Origin: Octopus sinensis
Taxonomy: Eukaryota
Length of the DNA stretch: 64,000 bases
Reading direction: 5' to 3'
Assembly (NCBI RefSeq): GCF_006345805.1
Contig: NC_043026.1
Location: 11,160,001 to 11,224,000, forward strand
Below are positions 10,102-23,114 of the stretch, piece by piece. Within the stretch, counting starts at the first letter, position 1. Each line of letters begins with the position of its first letter. Under the pieces are notes generated by a model. That model saw only the letters and a program-made list of their open reading frames with translations, ran no database searches and was not told the DNA's origin. Position numbers and translations under genes: made by a program.

Positions 10102-10880
10102 TTAATCAGCATGGATTTTTGTCAGTGAACAGGTCGCGGTTTAAAGCGACGAAAATATTTTGACAAATTAACTTAAATGTTGAAGTGAATCGAACGGATT
10201 TTGTGTGTTTCTTAAATGGCTTACAAACACCTTCCACGCTGCAATTGTATATATATATATTATATATATATATATATATAAACCTTATTCAGCATGGATT
10301 TTTGTCAGTGAACAGGTCGCGGTCTTAAAGCGATGAAAATATTTTGACAAATTAAACTTAAATGTTGAAGTGAATCGAACGGATTTTGTGTGTTTCTTAA
10401 ATGGCTTACAAACACCTTACACGCTGCAATTGTATATATATATATAAACCTTATTCAGCATGGATTTTTGTCAGTGAACAGGTCGCGGTCTTAAAGCGAC
10501 GAAAATATTTTGACAAATTAAACTTAAATGTTGAAGTGAATCAAACGGATTTTGTGTGTTTCTTAAATGGCTTACAAACACCTTCCACGCTGCAATTGTA
10601 TATATATATATATATATGTATATATAAACCTTATTCAGCATGGATTTTTGTCAGTGAACAGGTCGCGGTCTTAAAGCGATGAAAATATTTTGACAAATTA
10701 AACTTAAATGTTGAAGTGAATCGAACGGCTTTTGTGTGTTTCATAAATGGCTTACAAACACCTTCCACACTGCAATTGTATATATATATATATATATATA
10801 TATAAACATTATTCAGCATGGATTTTTGTCAGTGAACAGGTCACGGTCTTAAAGCGACAAAAATATTTTGACAAATTAAA
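8849..10880. repeat. Satellite-like array (9 units, ~150-bp core plus variable (TA)n) preceded by an inverted full monomer; Helitron/HINE-like
   Basis: Unit starts near 9332, 9498, 9692, 9893, 10107, 10290, 10456, 10636, 10814; inverted monomer 8849-9059 carries hairpin CTTGC-ATA-GCAAG; solo copy at 62120-62321. Confidence 0.8.
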
Positions 10881-11868
10881 CTTAACTATAAAATGGTATT
10901 GTGAAAATAAAACAATATCCATTTAAGAGTATATTTACGTTTATAACATACGAGTAGTCCTAATGAATGTTTAACAATGTAAATCTGTTGGTAAATTTTG
11001 TGTTAAATAAATATGTATCAGAAGAATATTATTTACCAGAGTCAGTAGTTGGGCTGAGATTTTGGCTTGATGTCTTTCTGTCTTAGAAATATTCTGTGAG
11101 TCTGCTTCTTTCGCACAGCAATGAAAATATGGCAACAGTTAAGAGGATACTTATAATATATCCGGGAGTAGTAGCATTGCCTCGTGTGTGTGTGTGTGTG
11201 TAGATAGATAGATATGCACATTTATGTATATACATATATATAATATATATATATATAATGTATATATAAACCTTATTCAGCATGGATTTTTGTCAGTGAA
11301 CAGGTCGCGGTCTTAAAGCGATGAAAATATTTTGACAAATTAAACTTAAATGTTGAAGTGAATCGAACGGCTTTTGTGTGTTTCATAAATGGCTTACAAA
11401 CACCTTCCACACTGCAATTGTATATATATATATATATATATATATAAACATTATTCAGCATGGATTTTTGTCAGTGAACAGGTCACGGTCTTAAAGCGAC
11501 AAAAATATTTTGACAAATTAAACTTAACTATAAAATGGTATTGTGAAAATAAAACAATATCCATTTAAGAGTATATTTACGTTTATAACATACGAGTAGT
11601 CCTAATGAATGTTTAACAATGTAAATCTGTTGGTAAATTTTGTGTTAAATAAATATGTATCAGAAGAATATTATTACCAGAGTCAGTAGTTGGGCTGAGA
11701 TTTTGGCTTGATGTCTTTCTGTCTTAGAAATATTCTGTGAGTCTGCTTCTTTCGCACAGCAATGAAAATATGGCAACAGTTAAGAGGATACTTATAATAT
11801 ATCCGGGAGTAGTAGGCATTGCCTCGTGTGTGTGTGTGTGTGTAGATAGATAGATATGCACATTTATG

Positions 11869-11900
<32 letters not shown>
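10629..11900 (+). repeat. ~642-bp direct tandem duplication at the end of the satellite array
   Basis: Identical ORFs at 10631 and 11273; flanking unique sequence repeated near-identically. Confidence 0.85.
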
Positions 11901-11914
<14 letters not shown>

Positions 11915-12072
11915 TGTGTGTGTATATATATGTATATATGTGTGTGTGTATGAGCCAATGAGGGAGAACTTTACATGCTATCAAAACTTGTTAGAAATAA
12001 CAAACAAATTTTCTTCAAACAACATATTTCCTTTTCATAAACACACATACAAATATATGTGTGTGTGTGTGA

Positions 12073-12460
12073 GTAGGAGTGGCTGTGTGGTAAGTAGCTT
12101 GCTTAATAATCATATGGTCTGGGTTTGGTCCCATTGCGTGGCACCTTGGGCAAGTGTCTTCTACTGTAGCCTTGAGCTATAGAGTTGTGCGGATTTGGTA
12201 GACAGAAACTGGAAGAAGCCTGTCATATATGTGTGTGTGTGTGTATATATGTTTGTGTGTCTGTGTTTGTCCACCCACCACACTATTGCTTGACAACCGA
12301 TGCTGGTGTGTTCACGTTCCCATAACTTAGTGGTTCAGCAAAAGAGACTGATAAAATAAGTATTGGACTTACAAAGAATGAGTCCTTGGGGGTCGATTTG
12401 CTCGATTAAAGGTGGTGCTCCAGCACGGCCACAGTTAAATGACTGAAACAAGTAACAGAT
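12073..12460 (+). mobile_element. CORE-like SINE (family B)
   Basis: Head, CCTTGGGCAAGTG core, internal (TG/TA)n and tail ...GACTGAAACAAGTAA. Confidence 0.85.
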
Positions 12461-12872
12461 TACCACAAATACACTCTTGTTATTTGGATTTGATTTTTCA
12501 CTTCCTCCCTCTTAAGATCTAACAATCCATTTTGAAATAATTCCACTTGTTTGCAACTGATAAAAGCATTCATTTACATTTACTCAACAACTCGAGTGTT
12601 TTGTTTACACATTGGTCCTCCAAATGAAAATATTCATACCACCAGAACCAAAACTACTACCATCATCATCATCATCATCAACATCATAATATTCGCCATT
12701 TTCAACCCTATGCACCTGGATATATCACTGCAAACAATAACCCTTTACTCGAATGGGTTATGGTGTCCACAGAATAACTGTAATATGAAACATATTAATT
12801 GAAAGAAATACAGAACATCTCAACAGAAATATGGTAACAAGAGGGTTAAAATATAATAGAGAAACAATTTTT

Positions 12873-13100
12873 AACCCTTTCGATACCAACCCGGCTGAAA
12901 CCGCCTCTGGCTCTGTAGTACAAATGTCTTGTTTTCATAAGTTTTGGATTAAAATCTTCCACCGAATCTTAGTCACAATTTATGTTCCTAACACTAGCTT
13001 AATAATAACTAAGTTATTTTACTAAATTCTTTGTTATATTTAAAATTAATTGAAAGAAATACAGAACATTCCAAAATAAATACGGTAATGAAAGGGTTAA
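12873..13100. mobile_element. piggyBac-like MITE (TTAA-flanked), with partial second unit upstream
   Basis: TTAA-CCCTTT...AAAGGG-TTAA termini; same spacer (AAAATATATAATAGAGAAACAATT) as the composite at 59592. Confidence 0.8.
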
Positions 13101-13216
13101 GTGCTGTTTCCAAGTGGTTTCTATTAAGTTAACCATAGACCTGGGTAGTCCTAGCTGAAACTTATCTAAGTATATATGTATACATATATAAATACATATG
13201 TGTAAGCACATATAGG

Positions 13217-13570
13217 CGTAGGAGTGGTTGTGTGGTAAGTAGCTTGCTAACAAACCACATGGCTCCGGGTTCACTCCCACTGCGTGGCACCTTGGGCAAG
13301 TGTCTTCTACTATAGCCTCGGGCCAACCAAATTCTTGTGAGAGAATTTGGTAGACAGAAACTGAAAGAAGCCCATCGTATATATGTATGTGTGTGTATAT
13401 GTTTGTGTGTCTATGTTTGTCCCCCCCAACATCACTCAACAACCGATGCTGGTATGTTTACATCCCCATAACTTAGCTGTTCGGCAAAGAGACCGATAGA
13501 ATAAGTACTAGGCTTACAAAGAATAAGTCCTGGGGTCAATTTGGTCACTGTCACATTACTAAAACAAGTT
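13217..13570 (+). mobile_element. CORE-like SINE (family B)
   Basis: Same head, core and tail as other family B copies. Confidence 0.85.
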
Positions 13571-14461
13571 AAAGAGTAAAGAGCACACACACACACATAA
13601 CAATCAGTCTAGTTTGTATTGTTGGTCTTCAAATTTGTCAATCCTCAATGTTTATTGCACACAATTACTTACTCTGTTACTTGTTTCAGTCATTTGACTG
13701 CGGCCATGCTAGAGCACCGCCTTTAGTCGAGCAAATCGACCCCGGGACTTATTCTTTGTAAGCCCAGTACTTATCCTATCGGCCTCTTTTGCCGAACCGC
13801 TAATACTTGGTGTATTGTTTTTATTTTCGTTCCCCCCATCCCTGTACACTACCTTATTCTTTACTTTCTCTCTATCTCTCTCCCCACTTATCTCTCTTCA
13901 AATAATCACTCTGAAATCATTTGACCATTGTTGTTCTTTTGATTTCGTTTCGTTTCCCCTCCCTCCCTCTCAACATCCAACAATCTGCTTTTGTGTCACA
14001 ATGGCTAAGCTGCCTTTAGACAAAAATAAATATAATTGAAACCTCTTTGCAAACTGATAACACATTCATTTACAGATTCAGGGTCATCTCAAGGGTTTTG
14101 TTTTGAAAACCCTTAGAAACTGTGGTTTTTCTAATGAATATGCATTGTTCAGTATAAATTTCACTTTCTTTAGTATCAATGCAAATACTTACACCAACAT
14201 CACCACCACCACCACCATCTCCAACAACAAAAGCATTATCATCTTCATCTTTATCATCATCATCATCGCTATCATTCTGTTCATTATTTTGAATTATTAT
14301 TTATTAAAAATAAATTTATTTATTCTTTTTATTTTTATTTTCTTCTACTGTCCAGTTATTAAAAAGGTGAAGCAGCACCCCTGGGTGGTTTTCTTTTTCC
14401 TATCAGAAAGCATTCTTGGCTTTTGGGGTATGTGTGTGTATGTGTATATATATATATATAT

Positions 14462-15218
14462 CATCATCATCATCGTTTAACATCTGTTTTCTGTGCTAGC
14501 ACAGGTTGGACGGTTCGACCAGGGTCTGGGAAGCCAGGAGGCTGCACCAGGCTCCAGTCTTGATCTGGCAGTGTTTCTACAGCTGGATGCCCTTCCTAAC
14601 GCCAACCACTCCGTGAGTGTAGTGGGTGCTTTTTATGTGCCACCGGCACAGGTGCCAGGGGAGGATGGCAATGGGCACGATCGGTTGGTGCTTTTTACGT
14701 GCCACCGGCACAGAAGCCAGTCAAGGCGGTGCTGGCAAACGGCCACGATCGATGGTGCTTTTTACGTTCCACCGGCAAGGGGGCCAGGCGAGGCTGGCAA
14801 CGACCATGATCGGATGGTGCCTTTTACGTGCCACCGGCACGAGGCCAGTCGGGGCAGCGCTGGCAACGGCCACGTTCGGATGGTTCTCTTACATACCACC
14901 GGCACTGATATCACAGCTGCAATTTCCATTGATGTTGATCGATTTCGATTTTCACTTGCCTCTTCAGGTCTTCACAAGTAGAGTTTTGTGTCCCAAGAAG
15001 GAAAGGTATGCATAAGTGGACTGGCTACGGGTTATGGTCTCACTTGTCCTGCCGGGTCTTCTCACGCACAGCATACTTCCAAAGGTCTCGGTCTCTAGTC
15101 ATTTCCTTGGTGAGACCTAAAGTTCAAAAGTCGTGCTTCACCACCTCGTCCCAGGTTTTCCTGGGTCTGCCTCTTCCACAAGTTCCCTCTACCGCTAGGG
15201 TGTGGCACTTTTTCGATG
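14462..15218 (-). mobile_element. 5'-truncated RTE-clade LINE (ORF C-terminus plus 3' UTR)
   Basis: Minus strand ~15213-15040 reads KKCHTLAVEGTCGRGRPRKTWDEVVKHDF*TLGLTKEMTRDRDLWKYAVREKTRQDK*, an RTE-type C-terminus, followed by the repeat-bearing UTR and (GAT)n tail. Confidence 0.8.
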
Positions 15219-16409
15219 GAGCTCTGAACTCTACCCATTTTTTTTTTCATTCTCTCTCAATTTATTTCTTCTTACACCTTTTTGTTGAATTTAGATATAT
15301 TTTGAAAAGTGAAAATAATCAAATTGGACATTAGTGTGGAAAAGAATATTGATCGTTAAGCACCAGGAATTATCCAGATATTTTATTAGCAAACTCAATT
15401 ACAATCAGGTCAATGTTTAGGAAAATTTTCTTCAAAGATAAGTACCTCTCACCTAATTATATTTCAGACTCCCTCAACTTCAACAACGATACCTACGCTG
15501 ACCAATTTTGGATCAGCATGCAAAACTATATCAAAAGTAGGGAGAGTTTACGAAAAACAAAAGATGAAGTCAGGTGGTGTACAAAGCAAACAGATGTATT
15601 AGTATAACGGTCAGGAATAGAAAAAGTCTTTTATGTTTCAAGCCTACGCTCTTCTACAGAAAGGAACACAGAAAAAACAAGGAGATAAAAAAATGTGTGT
15701 AGTGGCTAACGATCTGTCAAAAATACATTTTTTGAAAATTTTGAGATTAAAATTTGCGGTTGCAAGAAAACATAAACAAGCCTGACTCATTTTTTTTTTG
15801 TACAGTTTCATGTGTTGGGTTGCTGACAATGTCTTTGATGTGCTGGAGATTGCAAAACAATCAAATCTTCTTTCCCTTTCTCTCTCACTCACATACACAC
15901 ACACACACAAACATATATGTGAAGGCACATGTTTAGAGGGTCAGGATCACAATCATGAAGTAGTGAGTCCGATTCCCCGGACCGGGTTGAGTGTTGTGTT
16001 CTTGAGCAAGACACTTTATTTCACTTTGATCCGAATTCACTCAGCTGTAGAAATGAGTTGCAACATCACTGGTGCCAAGCTATATCGGCCTTTGTTTTAC
16101 CTTTCACTTGCTCCAGTCATTGGACTGCAGCCATGCAGGGGCATCACTTTGAAGAGTTGAGTCAAACAGATCAAATCTAAGACTTATCTTACAAGTCTGG
16201 CTCTGACTCCATCCGTTTCTTTTGCTGACTTGTTCAGTTACAAGGACACAAACCAGTAGCAGTTATCAATTAGTAGTACAGGACACAGTCACACACAAGA
16301 TTCTTTTAGTTTCCATCAACCAAATTCACTCACAAGGCTTTGATTGGCCTGGGGCAACAGTACAACACATCCCAGGGTGCCATGCAGTGGGACTGAACCA
16401 AGAACAATT

Positions 16410-16680
16410 TCTGGATCTGACATTCTTTTGATGAATCTGTCAGAGAAATCCTTCCTGCAGATTGCACTGTAAATGGTTTTTGCAATAATATCATGTCTTA
16501 AGGGTAGGTGGTAGTATCTCAGACATTTTATACTAGTCACTGATAATGTTGAACTCTCAAGAGTTCTTTCCTGTTCGGTAGCTCTTGTCTCAGGGAAGTA
16601 ATGCAGCATCCAGGTTCTTTCCACTGACGTAATGTCTCTGATTTTATCTCACTTCAGCAGAAAAATGTGGCACATCACAC
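16410..16680 (-). mobile_element. Fragment of RLE-type non-LTR retrotransposon C-terminal region
   Basis: YHLPLRHDIIAKTIYSAICRK (RHD motif after the CCHC knuckle); inverted copy of ~26850-27122. Confidence 0.7.
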
Positions 16681-17127
16681 ACCTGCACAGGAAATGATCA
16701 TTTGAAGGAGAAAGTGGCCTTTTTGAGAAAAGTTTTTTTTTCTTGCTCTGTTCCGTAACAGGTGCAGAAACCGATGGCAGTTATTAAGTAGTAGTAGGGG
16801 ACACAGATAGTCCACACACACAAGCTTCTTTTAGTTTCCATCAACCAAATTCACTCACAAGGCTTTGATTGGCCTGGGGCTACAGTATGACACGTCCCAG
16901 GGTGCCATGCAGAGGGACTGAACCAAGAACAATTTGGTTAAGAAACATACTTCTTAGCATAAAGCCATAGAATGAATTTTGACATTGCTACAGTTATTCA
17001 TTTATATGAATACATATGCATCAAGTTAAGTGACTAATTTTCAGTGATTTACTAAAAGTACTAGTTATGTGTTTTTACTGCAACGTGAATACATTACTGG
17101 TTCACCAACTTTGCAGTGAGTGATTTA

Positions 17128-18264
17128 CTATTGACAGGGATTTTCTCTAGAATGTATGTCCTCATGTCTCCTTAAGATTCTTCGATCTGAGAATGACTTA
17201 CCACAAGTATGACAACGATAGGGTTTCTCTCCTGTATGAGTACGTTTGTGTTTAGTTACATCACTGTTTTGAGAGAATGATTTGCCACAGATATCACAGT
17301 GAAATGGCTTCTCTCCTGTATGAATATATCTGTGAATGGTTAAGTGATTGGTTTGAGAGAATGATTTACCACATGTGTCACAACTATATGGTTTCTCTCC
17401 AGTATGAGTGCGTTTGTGAATATTCAAGTGACCTTTTTGAGAAAATGATTTATCACAGATGTCACAATGATATGGCTTCTCTCCTGTGTGAACGCGTTTG
17501 TGATTGATTAAGTGACTTCTTTCAGAAAATGCTTTGCCACAGATATTACAGTGGTATGGCTTTTCTCCAGTATGAACACGTTTGTGTGATATTAAGTAAC
17601 TGGCTTCAGAGAAAGACTTACCACAAAAATCACAATGATGTGGTTTCTCTTGTGGACGAATGCGCTTCTCTTCGGAATGGATACGTTTGATGTGTACATT
17701 CAGGTAACTTGTTTGAGAAAACGATTTCCCACAGACCCCACAACGATACGGCCTCTCTCCAGTATGGACACGTTTATGATTGGTTAAATGACAACTTTCA
17801 GAGAAAGCTTTACCACAGATTTCGCAGTGATATGGCTTCTCTCCCGTATGAATACGTTCGTGAGAAGTTACCTGAGATTTTTCAAGGAATGATTTACCAC
17901 AGATATTACATTGATATGGCTTCTCTCCTGTATGAATGCGTTTGTGTTTAATTAAGGTGCTGCCTACAGAGAATGCCTTCTCACAGATATCACACTGATA
18001 TGGTTTTTCTCCTGTGTGAATACGTTGGTGACTAATTAATACACTACTTCTAGCGAATGATTTACCACAGACATCACAGTGATATGGTTTTTCCCCTGTA
18101 TGAATACGCAGGTGAGTGGAAAAATTACCTTTTTGAGTGAATGATTTATCACATATATCACAATGGTATGATGACTTTTCTTTCTGCTTCAGTACCATCT
18201 CTTCAGTAATATCAATCATTTTAGGTTGCGTTATGCGTTTCGAGTCACTTATACCACTTTCCAT
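17128..18264 (-). CDS. C2H2 zinc-finger protein A1, 378 aa, 12 fingers
   Basis: 12 CxxC-x12-HxxxH units with TGEKP linkers; paralog of A2/A3 lacking exactly one 28-aa finger. Confidence 0.93.
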   Translation of the reverse strand: MESGISDSKRITQPKMIDITEEMVLKQKEKSSYHCDICDKSFTQKGNFSTHLRIHTGEKPYHCDVCGKSFARSSVLISHQRIHTGEKPYQCDICEKAFSVGSTLIKHKRIHTGEKPYQCNICGKSFLEKSQVTSHERIHTGEKPYHCEICGKAFSESCHLTNHKRVHTGERPYRCGVCGKSFSQTSYLNVHIKRIHSEEKRIRPQEKPHHCDFCGKSFSEASYLISHKRVHTGEKPYHCNICGKAFSERSHLINHKRVHTGEKPYHCDICDKSFSQKGHLNIHKRTHTGEKPYSCDTCGKSFSQTNHLTIHRYIHTGEKPFHCDICGKSFSQNSDVTKHKRTHTGEKPYRCHTCGKSFSDRRILRRHEDIHSRENPCQ

Positions 18265-18360
18265 TATAATTTTATGATTTGCATTTTTATATTTTATACT
18301 TAATAAATATTTGTATTGTTATATTTTCACCAACTGCAAACGGTATTTTAAGATGCTGCA

Positions 18361-18777
18361 AGGGCGGCGAGCAGTCAGAATCGTTAACACGCCGGGCGAA
18401 ATGCTTAGCAGTAGTTCGTCTGCCGCTACGTTCTGAGTTCAAATTCCGCCGAGGTCGACTTTGCCTTTTGGGGTCGATTAAATAAGTACCAGTTACGCAC
18501 TGGTGTCGATATAATCACCTTAAACCGTTTCTCTGTCCTTGCTTGTCCTGTCTGTGTTTAGCCCCTTGTGGGTAGTAAAGAAATAGGTATTTCGTCTGCC
18601 GCTACGTTCTGAGTTCAAATTCCGCCGAGGTTGACTTTGCCTTTCATCCTTTCAGGGTCGATTAAATAAGTACCAGTTACGCACTGGTGTCGATCTAATC
18701 GACTTAATCCGTTTGTCTCTCCTTGTTTGTCCTCTCCGTGGTTGGTTAGCCCCTTGTGGGTAGTAAAGAAATAGGTA
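18361..18777 (+). mobile_element. Family C SINE head-to-tail dimer upstream of ZNF-A1
   Basis: Two consecutive units; also present in the A2 and A3 units. Confidence 0.85.
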
Positions 18778-19027
18778 TTTTAAGATGCTGCAAAATCATT
18801 TAAAATGTTGTCCGAGTTTGGTCAGAATGCAAAATTCTTTCACGCACATTCCAGACAGTAAATCCAAGCACAGATCTATGAAAAGAAGCATATATCAGTT
18901 CTGTTATAAAAGAATATAGTTTCAGCTTCGTGTGAATGTGGAGCAATCTTTTATAAAGGATATTATTGTAAACGTGCGGAGCGATCGAGAAGGTGCGTGA
19001 AACACAACAAAAGATGGAAGCGAAAGT

Positions 19028-19044
19028 ACTTCCTGCGCATGCGT
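19028..19044. promoter_or_regulatory. Composite ETS (ACTTCCTG) + NRF1/EWG-like (TGCGCATGCG) motif, candidate ZNF-A1 promoter
   Basis: ACTTCCTGCGCATGCGT ~770 bp upstream of the ATG; conserved in all three paralogs. Confidence 0.55.
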
Positions 19045-19230
19045 ATGCATACATGGGCGCTGGCCAGTGAATGTATATCATTGTTTTGATGGACCATATT
19101 TAGGGAAGCTAACTCTCATTAAATCCCCTTTTCTTCTATATTTCTGATTTTTAACTTTTTTTTATCTTTTGTTTCGTTCACCGGAATGGTACCCATGCTG
19201 GAAGGATTTTTTGTCAAATAAATAAAGCTT

Positions 19231-19272
<42 letters not shown>

Positions 19273-19423
19273 GGGCATTACTATACATAAATGCCTCGCG
19301 CTAGGAGGGACTTTTAAGATCAAAACTACCATAGTAAATAAATAAATAATTTATTTATTTATTACGGTAGTGTTGACTTTAAGAGTCCCTCCTAGCGCGA
19401 GGCATTTATGTATAGAGATGCCC
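19273..19423. repeat. ~150-bp foldback (inverted repeat)
   Basis: Perfect 32-bp arms CTATACATAAATGCCTCGCGCTAGGAGGGACT / reverse complement; inner arms imperfect. Confidence 0.9.
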
Positions 19424-19509
19424 TTAATATAAATAAATACATTTAAGCGGAATGATTAATAAATTTTTACCCTTATGAGGTTTTTTCACGCTAACAACTT
19501 GATAAATTC

Positions 19510-21119
19510 TTATAAAAATTTTATCCTGTTTTTCAATTGTGTATGTATTTCCCCCTTTTGAGAATCATTACATCACATTTCTCGATCCCAAATTCCATGC
19601 CAATATCTTTGCTAACCATCTGCACAGTTGCCATCAAACTCTCGATATCTTTCTTAGTCTTACCAAATAACTTTAGGTCATCCATAAATCACAGATTGTT
19701 TACTTTCACCCTGCCTAGCATCTACCCCACACACATCTTTCTTAAAACGTTCGTTAATGGCAATATGCCGACAACAAATAGGAGAAGTGACAGACTGTCC
19801 CCTTGAAAGATTCCTCTTTTGATATTTACCTCTCCCAGCTTATCTCCCCAAGCTGTGAGTTCAGTTCGCCACGTTGTCATTGAATTTTGTATTAAATCCA
19901 GGATATTGTGTGAGACCTTAAACAGTTTAAGGCATCCAATAATCAACGAGTGTGGGAATATGCCATATGCTGTCCTGTAGTCCACCCATGCCATCACCAA
20001 ATTTTTGTGTCTCTTCCTGCAATCAGCCAGGATAGTCTTATTGATCAGTAATTGATACTTCATTCCTCTGCTCTTACGTCTACACCCTTCTTGTTCCACT
20101 AGTAGTAGCTCGTTCTCATCTAGATACTTATAGATGCTGTTTAATATGATGCCCATCATCAGTTTCTACATCAATGGCAAACAAGATATTGGTCGGAAAA
20201 ATCCAACCGCATTTCCTTTACTGGGATCCTTCTGCCATAGTACTGATCCTCGTTTTGTCATCCAGGCCGGTACTCGGATGCCACTACTCAGTATTTCATC
20301 CAGCTGTCTCGCAATTCTCCTATGCAGAGCTGTCAAGTTTTTAAGCCAAATTCCCTGAACCCTATCTGGGCCAGGCGCTTTCCAGTTAGGAATTTTCCTG
20401 CACTGATCTCTAATCATCTCAGTTATTCTCAAAACCTCCTGCTGATACACTCCACTCTCGTCCTTGAGTGTCTTTAACGATTCTGCTTCAATTTCGTGTT
20501 GTTTTTCCTCAGACCATATGTTTGACCAGAATCTTTTGCTTTCTTCAGCATCTGGCACGAATTTTTGACCTTTTTCTTTCCCATCCAGTTCCTTATAGAC
20601 ACACTTCTGATTCTGTTCATTAAATCTGTTTATATCTCTTTAGTTTGTGTTTTAGCTTTCAACCTCTGTTTTAATTCCTCAATCACATTAATTTCCTTTC
20701 TCTTCACCCTGTATTTCCTCTCTAGCCCAACATATTTCTCTCACTGAACTTCGTTTCCCTTTTTCCATTCAAGAATATTACTATGCTTTCTGGGCTCATT
20801 AATAGACTGCGTTATTCTCCTTTTCCTCCATAGTTCCTTCAGGTTATGTTGACATTTACCTTTGGCTTTCAAACCCAGCTACCAGGCTATAAAGATCAAG
20901 ATGGCATTTATCAAATTGTTGGTCTTTGATGATGTCAGTCCTGATATCACCAGTGATACCATTTATCTTCCTGACCCATTCATTGACTTTCTTTCTGTCT
21001 ACTTTTTTAAACCCCCGTATGAAAGCTCTGTTCACCAAAGGTTCAAATATCAATGATTTCATTTAAAATGGATATCTGCTCCTCGGTTCTCTCATCGCTT
21101 TCCTGATCAATCGTTTTCC
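19510..21119 (-). mobile_element. Decayed R4/Dong-like non-LTR retrotransposon RT fragment
   Basis: IPNWKAPGPD, FRPISCLP, MAWVDY..AY, IKRGIFQGDSLS and FMDDLKLF motifs across frameshifted ORFs at 20166-20558 and 19722-20159. Confidence 0.85.
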
Positions 21120-22326
21120 TGTCTCTAGAATGAATGTCCTCGTGTTTCCTTAAGATTCTTCGATCTGAGAATGATTTACCACAAGTATGACATCTATAGG
21201 GTTTCTCTCCTGTATGAGTACGTTTGTGTTTAGTTACATCACTGTTTTGAGAGAATGACTTTCCACATATATCACAGTGATTTGGTTTCTCTCCTGTATG
21301 AATATATCTGTGAATGGTTAAATGAATATTTTGAGAGAATGATTTACCACATGTGTCACAACTATATGGTTTCTCTCCAGTATGAGTGCGTTTGTGAATA
21401 TTTAAGTGACCTTTTTGAGAAAATGATTTATCACAGACGTCACAATGATATGGCTTCTCTCCTGTGTGAACGCGTTTGTGGTTGATTAAGTGACTTCTTT
21501 CAGAAAATGCTTTGCCGCAGATATTACAGTGGTATGGCTTTTCTCCAGTATGAACACGTTTGTGTGACAACAAGTAACTGGCTTCAGAGAAAGACTTACC
21601 ACAAAAATCACAGTGATGTGGTTTCTCTTGTGAACGAATGCGCTTCTCTCCAGAATGAAGACGTTTGTTGTGTTCATTCAAATAACTTGTTTGAGAAAAC
21701 GATTTCCCACAGACCCCACAACGATACGGCCTCTCTCCTGTGTGGATACGTTTATGGTTGGTTAAGTGACATTTTTCTGTGAAAGCTTTACCACAGATTT
21801 CGCAGTGATATGGCTTCTCTCCCGTATGAATACGTTCGTGAGAAGTTAAGTGAGATCTTTGAAGAAATGATTTACCACAGATATTACATTGATGTGGCTT
21901 CTCTCCTGTATGAATGCGTTTGTGTCCAGCTAAGTTCCTGCCTGCTGCGAACGTCTTACCACAGATATCGCAGCGATATGGTTTATCGCCTGTATGAATA
22001 CGTTTGTGACTAATTAATATACTACTTCTGGCGAACGATTTACCACAGGCATCACAATGAAATGGTTTTTCTCCCGTATGAATACGTATGTGAGTAGTTA
22101 AGTAATTTTGGGTAGAGAACGATTTTCCACAGACATCACAATGATATGGTTTTTCCCCTGTATGAATGCGCAGGTGAATGGAAAAATTACCTTTTTGAGT
22201 GAATGATTTATCACATATATCACAATGGTATGATGACTTTTCTTTCTGCTTCAGTACCATCTCTTCAGTAATATCAATCATTTTAGGTTGCGTTATGCGT
22301 TTCGAGTCTCTTAATCCACTTTCCAT
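21043..22326 (-). CDS. C2H2 zinc-finger protein A2, 427 aa, 13 fingers, LINE-derived 25-aa C-terminus
   Basis: 13 fingers; diverges from A3 after HSRD at 21120. Confidence 0.92.
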   Translation of the reverse strand: MESGLRDSKRITQPKMIDITEEMVLKQKEKSSYHCDICDKSFTQKGNFSIHLRIHTGEKPYHCDVCGKSFSTQNYLTTHIRIHTGEKPFHCDACGKSFARSSILISHKRIHTGDKPYRCDICGKTFAAGRNLAGHKRIHTGEKPHQCNICGKSFLQRSHLTSHERIHTGEKPYHCEICGKAFTEKCHLTNHKRIHTGERPYRCGVCGKSFSQTSYLNEHNKRLHSGEKRIRSQEKPHHCDFCGKSFSEASYLLSHKRVHTGEKPYHCNICGKAFSERSHLINHKRVHTGEKPYHCDVCDKSFSQKGHLNIHKRTHTGEKPYSCDTCGKSFSQNIHLTIHRYIHTGEKPNHCDICGKSFSQNSDVTKHKRTHTGEKPYRCHTCGKSFSDRRILRKHEDIHSRDRKTIDQESDERTEEQISILNEIIDI

Positions 22327-22423
22327 TATAATTTTATGATTAGCATTTCTATATTTTATACTTAATAAAATATTTGTATTGTTATATTTTCATCAATGCA
22401 AACGGTATTTTAAGATGCTGCAA

Positions 22424-22849
22424 AGGCGGCGAGCTGGCAGAATCGTTAGCACGCCGGGCGAAATGTTTAGCAGTATTTCGTCTGCCGCTACGTTCTGAGT
22501 TCAAATTCCACCGAGGTCGACTTTGCCTTTCATCCTTTCGGGGTCGATTAAATAAGTACCAGTTACGCACTGGGGTCGATGTAATCGACTTAATCCGTTT
22601 GTCTCTCCTTGCTTGTCCTCTCTGTGTTTAGCCCCTTGTGGGTAGTAAAGAAATAGGTATTTCGTCTGCCGCTACGTTCTGAGTTCAAATTCCGCCGAGG
22701 TTGACTTTGCCTTTCATCCTTTCAGGGTCGATTAAATAAGTACCAGTTACGCACTGGTGTCGATCTAATCGACTTAATCCGTTTGTCTCTCCTTGTTTGT
22801 CCTCTCCGTGGTTGGTTAGCCCCTTGTGGGTAGTAAAGAAATAGGTATT
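22424..22849 (+). mobile_element. Family C SINE dimer upstream of ZNF-A2
   Basis: Same dimer as 18361-18777. Confidence 0.85.
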
Positions 22850-23114
22850 TTAAGATGCTGCAAAATCATTTAAAATGTTGTCCGAGTTTGGTCAGAATGC
22901 AAAATTCTTTCACGCACATTCCAGACAGTAAATCCAAGCACAGATCTAAGAAAAGAAGCATATATCAGTTCTGTATAGACAGTTCTGTTATAAAAGAATA
23001 TAGTTTCAGCTTCGTGTGAATGTGGGGCAATCTTTTATAAAGGATATTATTGTAAACGTACGGAGCGATCGAGAAGGTGCGTGAAACACAACAACAAAAG
23101 ATGGAAGCGAAAGT

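Noticed and set aside
9324-10880. Repeat-spacer-like array suggesting CRISPR
   Set aside because: The units are ~150 bp and the 'spacers' are (TA)n; no cas genes; eukaryotic context
17277-17951. Antisense ORFs over ZNF genes (also 21255-22013, 25581-26255, 49356-49580, 60638-61345)
   Set aside because: Shadow frames produced by periodic ZNF codon usage
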